Position numbers and translations under genes: made by a program
In this document: positions 12,830-24,726 of the stretch, piece by piece
Numbering within the stretch: position 1 is the first letter of the stretch
Layout: each line of letters starts with the position of its first letter
Assembly (NCBI RefSeq): GCF_000150275.1
Contig: NW_002060952.1
Location: forward strand, 1,540,452 to 1,604,451
Direction: 5' to 3'
Length of the DNA stretch: 64,000 bases
DNA from: Trichoplax adhaerens
Taxonomy: Eukaryota; Animalia; Placozoa
The notes under the pieces: model-generated
Seen by the model: only the letters and a program-made list of their open reading frames with translations
Databases searched by the model: none
What the model was told of the DNA's origin: nothing

Positions 12830-14459
12830 TCAAGTTATAACGGTAAAATAAGATGACCGCAGTTCTTCACCTTTCATGATCGGGTGCGTGGAAATAAGAA
12901 TAACCATCCGAATTTTTCTATTGAGTAAGAGAATTCAAGTTCAGTAGGATATTCCATTTAGACCCTAATTTTCTACGACCTTGAGTTTTAGTTTATAAAG
13001 AGCAAAACGAATACAGTAATATTACCTAGTACCCATTTCTTCTTCGTAAGTTAAATTTCGAAAGTAAACATTTGGTATGAATCGATAAAGTGTTAAAGGC
13101 AAATCTTCCGGAAAGTTAATTTCATGATAAATAACATTAGCTGGAGAATCTAAAATAACCGCGGATATCAAATACTTAGGGCATGCTATACACTGGAAAA
13201 CCTATTGACACTAAAGTTTGTCACTAACACTAAACATGCGTTGACAAACTATATTCAAAATTTCGGTAAGCTATTGGTTGTAGATAAGTAGTTATATTAT
13301 TTATAACTTGTATAGACTTTGATTATCTCCATATTGTTATTTAATTACACTGCTTCTTATATTTCCAAAGTTAAATGTAGGAAAAATTATTACGCGATTA
13401 CTTTTGGATTGGTTATTAATGTATTGACCAATAGCCATAGGATTTACTGGATTTGATGTCAGCCATGTTATATCGTTCAGTATATGATGCCCTAGAATAT
13501 CGCGTTTTGTGCAAGACCTAGAATACATACATTACACGTAAAAGTAGATAAGATTTAAAGCTAAGAATCTTCTTTCCATGGTTACGGCTTAATAACATAC
13601 GCATAAATGGAATTTATGCACAGCTCTATTTACGTGTTTCGTATTAGACTGTCTTACATATAAACAGCTTTAGATATGCCATGATCTTTGCCATCAATTA
13701 TTGTTCCATCAACACATCGAAACATGAAGGAATTCCGTATCGACTGAAATAGCATCGAATCGTGCGACTGATAAATTGTGCCTATCAGAATATAAAATCC
13801 TGTAAACTATAAAAGGCTAGAGCATTATGTTGTAAAGCTATTCCGCAGCTGTCAGGCCATGATAGATCGCACTGCAATTCGATCTAAATTTAAGGCTAAA
13901 AATATACCTGGATATAAAGCTACTACTTTGCCAGGTGGTATATACCCATCTGAGACATAAACACCTATTCCTTTATCTTTTGTTTCTTTGCGAGCGATGG
14001 TAAATCCGCAAACATTCATCATTATCATGCTAGCCGCTTGAGAGTCCATCGCCAAAGACTCGCTGTCATAATTATGACGATATTTTCTTATGTCAATCTT
14101 TTTTACTGCCGTATCCAAACGATAAAATAACTCTTTTAGAGTGTTACAAATTTCATTTTCTTTAACTTGTAATCCTTCAGTACTTGAGTTTTCCTTGGGA
14201 ATGTATTTTATTGTCCTTCGCAAAAATACAAGTAGACCCAAGTGTTATATTTATAAAAGATCGATATTAGAGCTCAGCTGCGTCCAATGCAAGCTAATAA
14301 TAAATATATATATATATACGAGTATATACCGGTATAACATACTGCATAAATAATTAATTAATTAATAAATTAATGAGCTCACCTATCTTTCAATTTCCAT
14401 ATTAGGTACGGTACGAAGCGATACTTGTAGTTTTGCCACCACTTTAATACCTTCTGCAT
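12830..14459 (-). CDS. SETD9: SET domain-containing protein 9 (C5orf35), multi-exon
   Basis: Exons translate to MQKVLKWWQNYKYRFVPYL, RTIKYIP, GIGVYVSDGYIPPGKVVALYPG, FQSIRNSFMFRCVDGTIIDGKDHGISKAVY, WLTSNPVNPMAIGQYINN, ANVIYHEINFPEDLP and MVILISTHPIMKGEELRSSYFTVIT*, collinear with vertebrate SETD9. Confidence 0.93.
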
Positions 14460-14649
14460 ACGCTGTAGTTAGTGTGTGCACACATGCATATATATACCTA
14501 GTCACCAATTTATGCGTTTATGCTGTAGTACTATGCAATATGTATACAGGATTAGCAGCTAATTAGATATTGTGCAGCAGCATTGATGCTATTTTCAACT
14601 ACTGTATTGCCTGTTGCCCGAACGAGAGCTTTTATGGAAAGGAGATGCT

Positions 14650-14765
14650 TACAGTACTGTGCAATATACTGTACAATGTGGCCCTTCGTGTTACTGTCGA
14701 TTGTATAGCACTGTACAGCACAGTGTACATGCACTCACTCCCTGATATACAGTAGTACTGTACAA
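14650..14765. repeat. Short GTAC-W cluster upstream of the SETD9 start
   Basis: acagtactgt, actgtaca, ctgtacagcacagtgtac and tagtactgtac lie about 200-300 bp 5' of the SETD9 ATG. Confidence 0.6.
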
Positions 14766-14962
14766 TTTAGACTGCATTCAAAAATTAATTTTATTTTAAA
14801 ATGAGCAATATATTTCCCAACAGCTTAACGCTTTAGTGTAGTAGCAATCTGTTGATATAAATTCGACAGGAATTCTATTTACTAAAAGTGGTCTATCTAC
14901 ACCTGTTAAGCCATTTTTTGTCACTTTTAAAAATGGCGTTGTGTCAGTATTTGAAACGGCGA

Positions 14963-15851
14963 AAGTTCACTTACAGCAAATAAAATTCTTGAGGAAATTA
15001 TATCAAGAGACCATCACTTATCGACTGTATACTAAACTGTGAAGCTGTTAGGAGCTTGAGTTAACCTTTAGTAAATGAAATTGTTGAAGAAATTATATCA
15101 AGAGACCGTCACTTATCGACTGTATACCAGTGTTCCATACAATCCTATTGTTGATTGTTTAATACTTTTCATCCTCCATTATGTATACTAAACCATGAAG
15201 CTGCTAGGAGCCTCAATTCACTTTTAGTAAATAAAATTGTTGAAGAAATTATATCAAGAGACCATCACTTATCGATTATACTGTATACTAAACCGTGAAA
15301 CTGTTAGGAGCTATAGTTAACCTTTAATAAATAAAAGTCTTGAAGAAATTATATCAAGAGACCATCACTTATCGACAGTATACTAAACTGTGAAGCTGTT
15401 AGGAGCTAGAGTTAACCTTTAGTAAATGAAATTGTTAAAGAAATTATATCAAGGTCTCTTTAGACCATCACTTATCGACTGTATACTAAACTGTGAAGCT
15501 GTTAGGAGCTTGAGTTAACCTTTAGTAAATGAAATTGTTGAAGAAATTATATCAAGAGACCATCACTTATCGACTGTATACTAAACTGTGAAGCTGTTAG
15601 GAGCTTGAGTTAACCTTTAGTAAATAAAATTGTTGAAGAAATTATATCAAGAGACCGTCACTTATCGACTGTATACCAGTGCTCCATACAATCCTATTGT
15701 TGATTATTTAATACTTTTCATCTTTAATTATGTATACTAAACCGTGAAGCTATTAGGAGCTATAGTTCACTTTAGTAAAAATTGTTGAAGAAATTATATC
15801 AAGAAACTATCACTTATCGACTGTACACTAAACCGTGAAGCTGTTGGGAGC
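14963..15851. repeat. Tandem array of 8 units of about 95 bp, two carrying a 60-bp insert, in the SETD9/INSIG divergent intergenic region
   Basis: Unit GAAATTATATCAAGAGACCATCACTTATCGACTGTATACTAAACTGTGAAGCTGTTAGGAGC...TTTAGTAAATGAAATTGTTGAA starts at about 14994, 15089, 15245, 15345, 15440, 15543, 15638 and 15790. Confidence 0.95.
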
Positions 15852-16403
15852 AAAGTCATTTTTTAAACTTCAAATTTTAATTTAATTTTTAATTAAATAA
15901 TATAGTCTACTGTACCGTAAAGCCAGTATGATACCGCCAGCTTTTATATGGTGGCATTACAGAAAACAGACATGACAGACGCAAGATGTTTTTGAAAAAA
16001 ATCTTTCCAAAAGTTCATACCATAATGCTAGGTTACTGGACGGAAGCCCTACATCAATAATACTGTAGCATGCATCGCTCCATTATCCATACTGTCTGTA
16101 GTTGATGCCTTTTCTAGGGTAAAATTGTAGTTGAAAATTCCAATATTTAATGAAGTGTTGACAGAATTGAGACCGCAATTGGTAAGGTGGTCTTCTCTTC
16201 CTGTGGCTACAAATTAACACTCTAGACGTAGAATACAAGTAGTAATAGCTAACATTATTATCATTTTGCATTGGGGCACGGTATGCTAGTTGTAATAGCG
16301 TTATCATAAAGTACAGTATTGGAGTACATCTAGTTAGTAGCTTTATGTACTAATACTGTACTTACATAGCTTGATTTTTTATTATCATAATATATTTACT
16401 GCC

Positions 16404-19132
16404 ATGATCGTTTGTAGAACTTTAGTTCCCCCGATGCATTTCTTACTCCGGACGTTAATAGTATTTGTAGTTGGTGTGTTGCTTTCCCTTGCACTGTTAA
16501 TACTTCAAATTGAACGTAATGTGGCGTTATTTCCGCCCGGTGTCTTGTCTGATCTTTCTTCTATACCTTGGTGGGTGCCAATCTCGTGTGGAGCTGGTGC
16601 AGCAACAATTGGGCTATCGCTGCCAAAGATGGACGAATGGTTTCAGAGAAAATATGATTATCATCATGATCAAGTCGAATGGGTCGGTGTACTGCGATGT
16701 GTAGGTAAGTTAAACTCAATAACTTATCAAGCGACTTATAGTCATAATAATGATGTTTTAATGAATTATAAAATACTGTACGATCTTCGTTGTAAGGATT
16801 ATCGCAAACTCAAATTCGATCAGGAAATGGGTGCTTTATTGCAGTACATATTTCAAGCTCTCGGATTTGTAGCTATAATTGATAGACATCTAGGATTACA
16901 TCAAACATAATAGGCCTTGGACCAAAACCTTCATCAAATGAAACTTTAACAGTAGAAATGGATAGTATAGAATCTGAAATGATCATATATATCCGAGATT
17001 CAGTTGATAATTATAATTATAATCAGACTACTTGCATGACTGTCATGATGGAATGTCTGTCCTGCGTTTTTTACTATACAGTCACCAGCCATAATACCCT
17101 AATGTTAATCATACGTTCGTTCATGGACTAAAGTACAATAATGATGGTCAGGCAATTGCACATTTAGTATAATATAACTGGTTAGAATTAGGTACTTATC
17201 CATGCAAAAGGCAGCTTTCCACGTTGATCTGTGGCTAATCAGCGGGTTTAATTGATCGTTTTCTTGTATTTTAGGAATCTTTGTCGGGATAACATACGCT
17301 AGTACCCTGGCTTATAACTCTGTAAGTTTCACACCAACAGCAAATCATTTCTTGATCAATTTCTTGCAAATTATCAACAGTATAACGCCATTCAAGTCGA
17401 TGATGTGGACAGTACAGTATTGTATTCATCAATGATCCCTTAGTTTATTGTTCACTTTCTACATCTTACGTTATGAACTTATTACAAAGTTATTGATGTA
17501 TTCTTGTAGCTACTCGCCAGCATGAGTGACCATCTTATTACCAAGTAGTAAGTCTTCAGTTGCTACAGTTATTACAGTAGTAGTTGATGTACAATGTACA
17601 TTATTGGTGCTTAAAATATTGTACATTAAATTATAGTAAAGTGCCAAACGTGGTACTTACTGCATATAGCTAGAGATGCGTATATTCGGCACTATATTGA
17701 TCCAGATATGATTTATTCTATCTAATTAGCGAGAGCGAAGAGTTGTAATCAATGGCAATTCTAGGAGTCATTGACAATGACTAATGCAATTTTTAATTGA
17801 CATAAGAATTATTACTTACAAAGTATAAATTGTGATTCAAGTGTCTTATAGTAGTAAAACACAGTTTAATTACTGTCATATGTACGTCCTCAACACTAAT
17901 CTATACCGACTTTTGGATAATAGCGTACAAGAAATCACTGCATAAATACACAAATTAGCATTTCAAATGTTGTACGCGCACAATGTACAGTACATAACTC
18001 TTCTCATTAAAGTAATAACTATTAAGTAATCTATTCAAAAGATGGGTGCAATATCCACCCAATGTTGATCAAATCTTGAAATACAGACGTGGGTCAACTG
18101 ATTTTATTCGAGATAATACATTGAACACTTTAATATTACTATACGTGTATTTAACTAACAGTGGTTTTTGTTGGTACCATAGAACAGTAAATAATAATAC
18201 ATTTTATGATGTAAGAAATTTACTTCAGCTGCTACCTTATCGCGGTTAAACTAGATTCTGTGCTGGTGCACTATGCTAAATTTATTATTTCAGACAGTTA
18301 ATTTAATTCAAAACGATTGATGCATAATTTTAAATACATTCAAAATTGATGCGGTTACATAAACTGGTTTATACGCTGATGCATTATATCATTTTGGGAT
18401 CTTGTTTTCGCAGGAAATTCAAATAGAAGTTGCTAAATTTTCAGTATCACTTTCTTTGATGGCTATTGGTCAGTGGTGGTTATTCGATAGATCTGTAAGT
18501 GGGTTTGTTCTTGGGGTGGCAGTTTCTTTTACAGCTACTGCAGTAACTCAAATTATTGTCCACTATGGAATATTTAGGTGAGTTCTATTCATGACTTGAA
18601 TAAGTCGGTGTCTATAACACCGAGTGTAATAGAAGGGTATTCTTTTGTCATAGTATTTCTTTGCTTAAAAGAAGAATACAATAAATAATTGCTTGGTTTT
18701 CGAATATAATGTTGTTGAGCTTCTTCACTGACCCTATACACCATATTTTTCTTTATTGGTCATCTTGTCCAATGCCTTTACTGTATCACTACTAGGAGAT
18801 GTTGTTTAATTGTTGTTTAATACCGCTTACTTTGTAAGTCATCTTAATTATATCCTCTTCTTTGTATTGCATAGCTTTTCCAAGCCTGATTTTCTTAGTA
18901 TACGGTCTTGGCTACCTGGAGTATTTTTTTCTGCTACAATTGCTATTGGTAGCTTAGGACGACAACTAGCGCAGGTAACGTTCCACTTAAGTGTCTATCA
19001 GTTTCAGTAAATGACGTTAGATGAGATTATTACTGTGTATTATATAATCTATTACGAATTCCCAATGTATCTGAAGTACTAAATTATGACTGTATTATTT
19101 TACTACACAAGACGAACGAAGCCATACATTAA
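16404..19132 (+). CDS. INSIG: Insulin-induced gene protein (INSIG), 5 coding exons; first and last exon ends less certain
   Basis: LQIERNVALFPP, WWVPISCGAGAATIGL, EWVGVLRCVGIFVGITYAS, GQWWLFDRSVSGFVLG and PDFLSIRSWLPGVFFSATIAIGSLGRQLA. Exons at about 16404-16704, 17275-17321, 18414-18577, 18875-18974 and 19112-19132. Confidence 0.93.
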
Positions 19133-20722
19133 AAGAAAGATTCATCTTAAGGATAATGAAATTGCTTACATAAACATGTTTTGCAGCTGGAATTCGAGGA
19201 ACTGTTTAATTATATAATATAAACATGGCTGGCTTCCTCATTCACGAAGTAACGACTGTAACGTGCTTCCTGGGAATACGAACAGATTTCATTATAGGGT
19301 AATAGATGTAACTAATTTTCAACTTAGATGCAATGACAATATTAACTTAATGTAACTAACGTGTTGAATGCTATAAAAAAAACTACTACCAGTATTCTAA
19401 TCTATAATATCATATGGATGTTCTGAAAATGTACATAGTATCAACAATCGGCGAAATGTCATTTCAAAAGGATTGAATTTACTTTACTAAACCTAATTCA
19501 ATTGGAAGATTTTTATTTAGGTGATTAAAATTAATTATTTCTATTGTTGTTGAATTTATCTGGATTGCATAATAAGAGAATACGTTGCTGACATGATGTT
19601 GTTATCGTGGGATCGATTATGTACGTACATTGCATTGTACAAAATAATAAGGGCATTTGTGAACTTGTAAATTGATATCGGATCCTTAATAATAACTACA
19701 AAGCTGTGTTAACTTCCAGGAATAAAAATGACACAATTTTATTTAGTTAGCTAGCTTTTATGAACCTAGAGCGTTAAGCGATGAAACTATCCCTGAGGTA
19801 TACCTGTAAAGATATTGTGTGTTATGGAAATTTCGTAAAATTAACCTTTCAATAATAATGATGAATCAATAGGAAATGCATGATAGCAAACTTTATATTC
19901 ATATATCAAAAAATAGCAGATTCCCAAGCCAGGATACTGTACAGTATACGGTAATACTGTACGAATAATATTGATCATGCTAACTCCATTCGCCTTCTTA
20001 GTTTAGTAGCTGCATAATGATCTAAGTCGTAGACTCATAGGTATAATCATGAACTGGAAAAGATTTTCTTTCCCACTTGATACTCTATGGTAAGAGACAA
20101 AAGTACCTACTCGAGTACTTTTTATAATACTGTACTTCGATGTGGCAGGAATTGTACTGAGAAGTGAGTTGCACGATAGCACTGTCAAAGTAACTTTAAA
20201 GGCAGTAGTGCATAAGAGAGTATAAAGTGCAGGACATTTACGACATGCATCGTAACAGCATCGACCATCCATTTATGTGCATACAGCATTGAACTTGCAC
20301 TTTCATTTAAATGATTGTAATAATTATATCAAAATTTCATGGGATGCGGTTTGTAGATAATCATTAAAATTAGTTCGCATATTACTGTATACCCGTGATA
20401 TCGTGGGAGTTCAGACATCATCATTCAGAAGTTTATGAAGTTCTTTTGCAACCTATACTTTGCGGCATAAACCGGCCAAAAACTAAATTTCAAGTAACCT
20501 ATTTACCACATATCAAATCGGCGTCATATCCATACACCTCTGGTCTTACATAAAAAATTAGGATGGCACTGTATCTTGTAGATCGAACCAATCAACAAGG
20601 CCTAAACAGTATCCGTGCACAATAATAATAGTACGTACAGATAAGCAATCTTTCAAATTTACACCCGTTTATTTCCGATGCTTTACAAATTGATATTACA
20701 CATTATGTTAAGACGTTACTGT

Positions 20723-21985
20723 TCACGAGCTTTTCTTTTGTGCTACCTAAAATAAAAGTTTTAAATATCAAAATTCAATTTGATACCTAAATTTAATTTC
20801 TTAAAATTGTAAGATAATAGTATTCTTAATTTTGAATAAAGCAATAGAAGGCGAACCTGAGCAGCAATACGGTCTAAATCTCTTTGTCCACCTGAAGTAA
20901 TGTATCTACCACTAATAGGAAGGAATGAAATAATGTCAATTTGTGGTTTATTTGCGCTATGCTGTATATTACAGTATTATGACAGAAAGCGCTAAAATGC
21001 CTACGTTAACAGTACGAGTATCTTACCTAGCATCTGCGACTTTCTGGATAATCTTCATGCCTTCTAGGGATTGTAGAACAGCACGAGCAACTCCACTAAT
21101 ACCAGGAGAATAATGACAGGGTCTTGAACCACGTCGTTTCTTAGCTGTAAGTTGTAAAAGTACTACGTTACTATTATGTGCTATAGTCATAATCTGTACG
21201 AATTACACCAAAGTGCATTATGTCACAATTGTTCATTAATTTCGGATGCTAATACAGTATACTGCTGTGTAAACCGAACGAAAAATAGGCTCGAAAGGGT
21301 CGTGTAGAATCTCATAATGCATTGCTTTGGTCAAATAACACTTCTTAATTAAGATGAAGTAGCGCACACTGACCTCCGTACTTTCTTCTAATTCTACCAA
21401 CACCTTGGCCGCCTTGAAGATAGATTCTTCTAGCTACAGCGGCAGCCCTGATGTAATACCAATCTGGATCATATGGAGCTAATTCTTTGGAAATGTTAGT
21501 TTTGGCTAGGTCAACATGATCTGGTACATTTAATTTGCCTGATCTATTAAAATTTAAATTGATAATATGATGTATTACAAATTAATGTTGACAGTAAAGT
21601 CAAAAAGGATTATTGATCGACACACTAGTAATGCGAACCTACGGTATGTATTATTAATGCTTACGTATAACTATAAGTTTAAGGCATGGGTTGGAAGCTG
21701 TTTATCTCTATGCTAGAGTTAACAAGCGAAACTACGAACAGAGCTAGAGACAGCCTACTGAACAGCGTTTAACCTCACAATAAAAACGGTACACGCATAT
21801 AAATATGATGACTAACTGGTGCAGAATACTAACTGCTCAATTCACACCATTTTAGGCCACAACTATGGTATGTAACTACCATTCAATTATAACATTCAAT
21901 TATCATACTTTTTCAAGTAGGCCGCAAAGGCTTTGACAAAGTCGTGAGGACTGACGTCCTTAACAGTTACACCACCAGAAGTCAT
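20723..21985 (-). CDS. RPS19: 40S ribosomal protein S19 (eS19), 147 aa; complement join 21909-21985, 21374-21543, 21027-21144, 20857-20911, 20723-20746
   Basis: [41 protein letters not shown]...[24 protein letters not shown]...[13 protein letters not shown]...[12 protein letters not shown]. All introns are GT-AG and the exons sum to 444 nt. Confidence 0.97.
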
Positions 21986-22693
21986 CTATTAAAGAGAGCA
22001 AAATAAAGCCATCATGAAAATCATTCCAGAGTAACAAGGTTGCTAAGTAAGTATTGAAACAGTATGCACTGGTATACTGTGTAGCACACTGTGTTGTAAT
22101 CGCTCTTAAAAATTCGGTCTCCATTTTAACATTAGCAAAAAAGAATAGAACTTTATACGCTTATTATTGCCATAACGAAAACACCAGAAAGACTATGAGC
22201 ATGTCAAGAGTGCAGTCGCCTGAACGCGGTCCACAGCATCGCTAGCACTATCGTAGACGCCTGACTGAATTGGCTATTACTTCGCAGCTGTGCATTGAGA
22301 AGTTCACGGCATTCGCAATACTGTACTACTAATTTCTGCTTACAAGAAGTAACGACAACCAATAAAAGAAGTAGAACTACTATAGAAGCGAAGCCCTACG
22401 GATGAAATCGAGTCGATTTACTACTCTAAAAGTATCAGCATCATGGATCAAGTTGAAAGCGCACAAATACGATTTTCTTGTAGTCTAACGTACAATATCA
22501 GAAGCTAATATATCATCAGTTTTACACGAGTAAAACCCAGATAAACAATCTCAATCGGAGTGTATCTACCATAAAATCTTATGGACATAGTTAACTTGAA
22601 GACATGTGTAAATTGCACATCAATCTATTGGCAAATTTTAAACGATAGAAGAGCAAAAGCCTAAAATGATGAATCTTTCCGAATCTACACGTG

Positions 22694-22750
22694 GTTCGCC
22701 ATCTTACCTTGCCACTCGTCCGTCACAGAAAAGGAAGGTAGAGGGGCGGC
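22694..22750 (-). promoter_or_regulatory. RPS19 TCT/5'TOP initiator, non-coding exon 1 (about 22708-22738), YY1-like motif and GC box
   Basis: The minus strand reads CCTTCCTTTTCT (22727-22738) then ...GGCAAG|GTAAGATGGCGAAC. A GGGGCGG box lies at 22743-22749. Exon 2 begins exactly at the ATG, the usual RPS19 layout. Confidence 0.75.
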
Positions 22751-22799
22751 CTATCGTCTTTATCAGGGCGTCGATTCAGTACATTACGATGCCGTGCAA

Positions 22800-23930
22800 A
22801 GTGCAGTACAGTACTGTACGCTGTACAGTACTGTACTGTAGGTCAAATGCATTCTGTGATACAGTACAGTACTACCGTACTGTACTGTACAATAAGTACA
22901 CTGGCCAATGGTACGGTAGTAATGTACTGTACCGTACTGTACTGTACAGTTTTCGAGGTCGTCAAGGTCTGGTCTGGGTCCTTTATTTACGCACAGTGTA
23001 CAGTACAGAGCCCAGTAGCGTGCTGTACTGTACTGTACATTTCTCTTTATTTTACCGTACTGTACTGTACAGTACTGTACAGTATGCAAACAGTCTACTG
23101 TAGTGTACAGTACTGTACTGTGCAGTTTTCGAGGTTGTCAAGGTCTGGTCTGGTCCTTTACGCACAGTGTACACTGTACAGTACAGTGTACAGTATACAG
23201 TAGTGTCCAGTACTGTACTGTACTGTATAGTACTGTACAATACAGTATAGTGTCCAGTACTGTATTGACACTTCTGTTGTTTTACTCATTGTACTGTACA
23301 GTACAGTGTACTGTACGTAAAATTCACTCTGTGATACTGTACTGTACTGTACACTGTAGTACTGTACACTGTACACTGTACAGTACAGTACAGTCAGGTC
23401 TAACAGTACTGGACTTAAGAGCAAGTTTAACTTTCTAACTTTACCAGATTCAGATTTTTCAGAATCTCTTCATCAACCTAATATATCATTCTATTATAGC
23501 TTTACTATATTTTTAAAGAATAATATTGCCCGAAAGTGACAAAATGTTATGGTACACACTGTACAGTATACAGTATTATTGTACAGTATGCCAACAGTCT
23601 ACTGTACAGTACAGTACTGTACACTGTACAGTACACAGTATAGTTTTCGAGGTCGTCAAGGTCTGGTCTTGTCCTTTGCGTGCAGAGTACAGTGTACAGT
23701 GTACAGTATAGTGTCCGGTACTGTACTGTACAGTACACTTCTGTTGTTTTACTCACTGTACGTACTGGACAGTGTACAGTACAGTACATATGCCAACTAC
23801 AGTACAAATTAGAGGTACACTACAGTACTGTACTGTACCTAAGTGACTGGTAACTTTCAAATTGAATGATAAAGTGCACTGTACAGACGGACAACCGCTT
23901 CATCGTCATACTGTACTGTACGTATGAGTA
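22800..23930. repeat. (GTAC-W)n array with embedded higher-order modules in the RPS19/CSE1L divergent promoter
   Basis: Dense mixed-orientation ACAGT/ACTGT. Module TTTTCGAGGTCGTCAAGGTCTGGTC occurs three times (about 22949, 23126, 23644), ACACTTCTGTTGTTTTACTCA twice (about 23268, 23736) and ATGC(A/C)AACAGTCTACTGTA twice. Confidence 0.92.
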
Positions 23931-24726
23931 CGATAGCTTGAACCAATTCACTCCAACCCCCCCCCCCCCGCACAAAAGCAACAGTACCCGTGGTAATTTC
24001 AAATTTTTTGCACCACTTTGCCTAGCCTTCCTGTTTGGCAACGTTGCATTAGTTTGGCAAGTATAATTGGTAAATAAATACTCGGAGAATAATTAAAAGA
24101 GAATTCAATTGCAATAATTTCTGTCATTATTTCTGTTTGACCTATAACCAAGATTATTATTGTCATGCCTGCGTCATTTTTCCTTTAATTTCTGTTTGTT
24201 CATTGATGCACACTACTGGGTCATGTCGTCATTCAACCCGCCAATTTTAAAATGGAGAGTCAGTAGTATTTGCAGTACAGTAAAGGCAATTTTATTGATT
24301 GAAATTAATGTTGAACTGCATCCATGTCGAGGATGTTGTTTAAGCTATACTATCTACTAGGTATTGAATTGAGAGTTGTAAAACAGTAATAACTATGTCA
24401 GAGATTGAAGATGTAAATAATTTCATGACGGTTGCTAAAGACGACGTCGTTGACTGTATCGTCATACAGTTGTATAGTACTACAGCAGATCGTTTATTAT
24501 TCCCATTTCACTCATCACTATTAGAAGTGATTGGCAATTGATCTAGCAATAGCCAAACAAAGATAGTAATCGTGTTTGAGTGACATGGAATCAATATTTC
24601 TACATATTACGTCTTCACATATTGGATATTTTACTTCCATTCTAACGGTTTAATATTATGAAGACTTATGACGATGTCATTCCTCAATCTTGTAGTATAA
24701 AATAGAAATTGGAATAGCGATCAACT

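Noticed and set aside
14963-15851. CRISPR-like appearance of this array and of 9570-10160
   Set aside because: Eukaryotic context, no cas genes, and the 'spacers' are repeated or low-complexity rather than unique.
19590-20620. Possible small spliced gene between INSIG and RPS19
   Set aside because: Splice-like signals exist but give no coherent, recognisable protein.
22430-22523. C/D snoRNA-like layout (TGATGA...CTGA, about 84 nt) in RPS19 intron 1; also a weak layout at 1504-1584
   Set aside because: Imperfect C box, weak terminal stem and no convincing rRNA antisense guide. An Infernal or snoscan search would be needed.
23957-23969. C13 run as a possible G-quadruplex on the minus strand
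   Set aside because: Too short for a canonical intramolecular G4; a simple homopolymer.
22666-24066. Many overlapping ORFs rich in STVQY/YCTVL (also 10000-10245 and 14552-14755)
   Set aside because: They are translations of the ACAGT repeat in all frames, not proteins.
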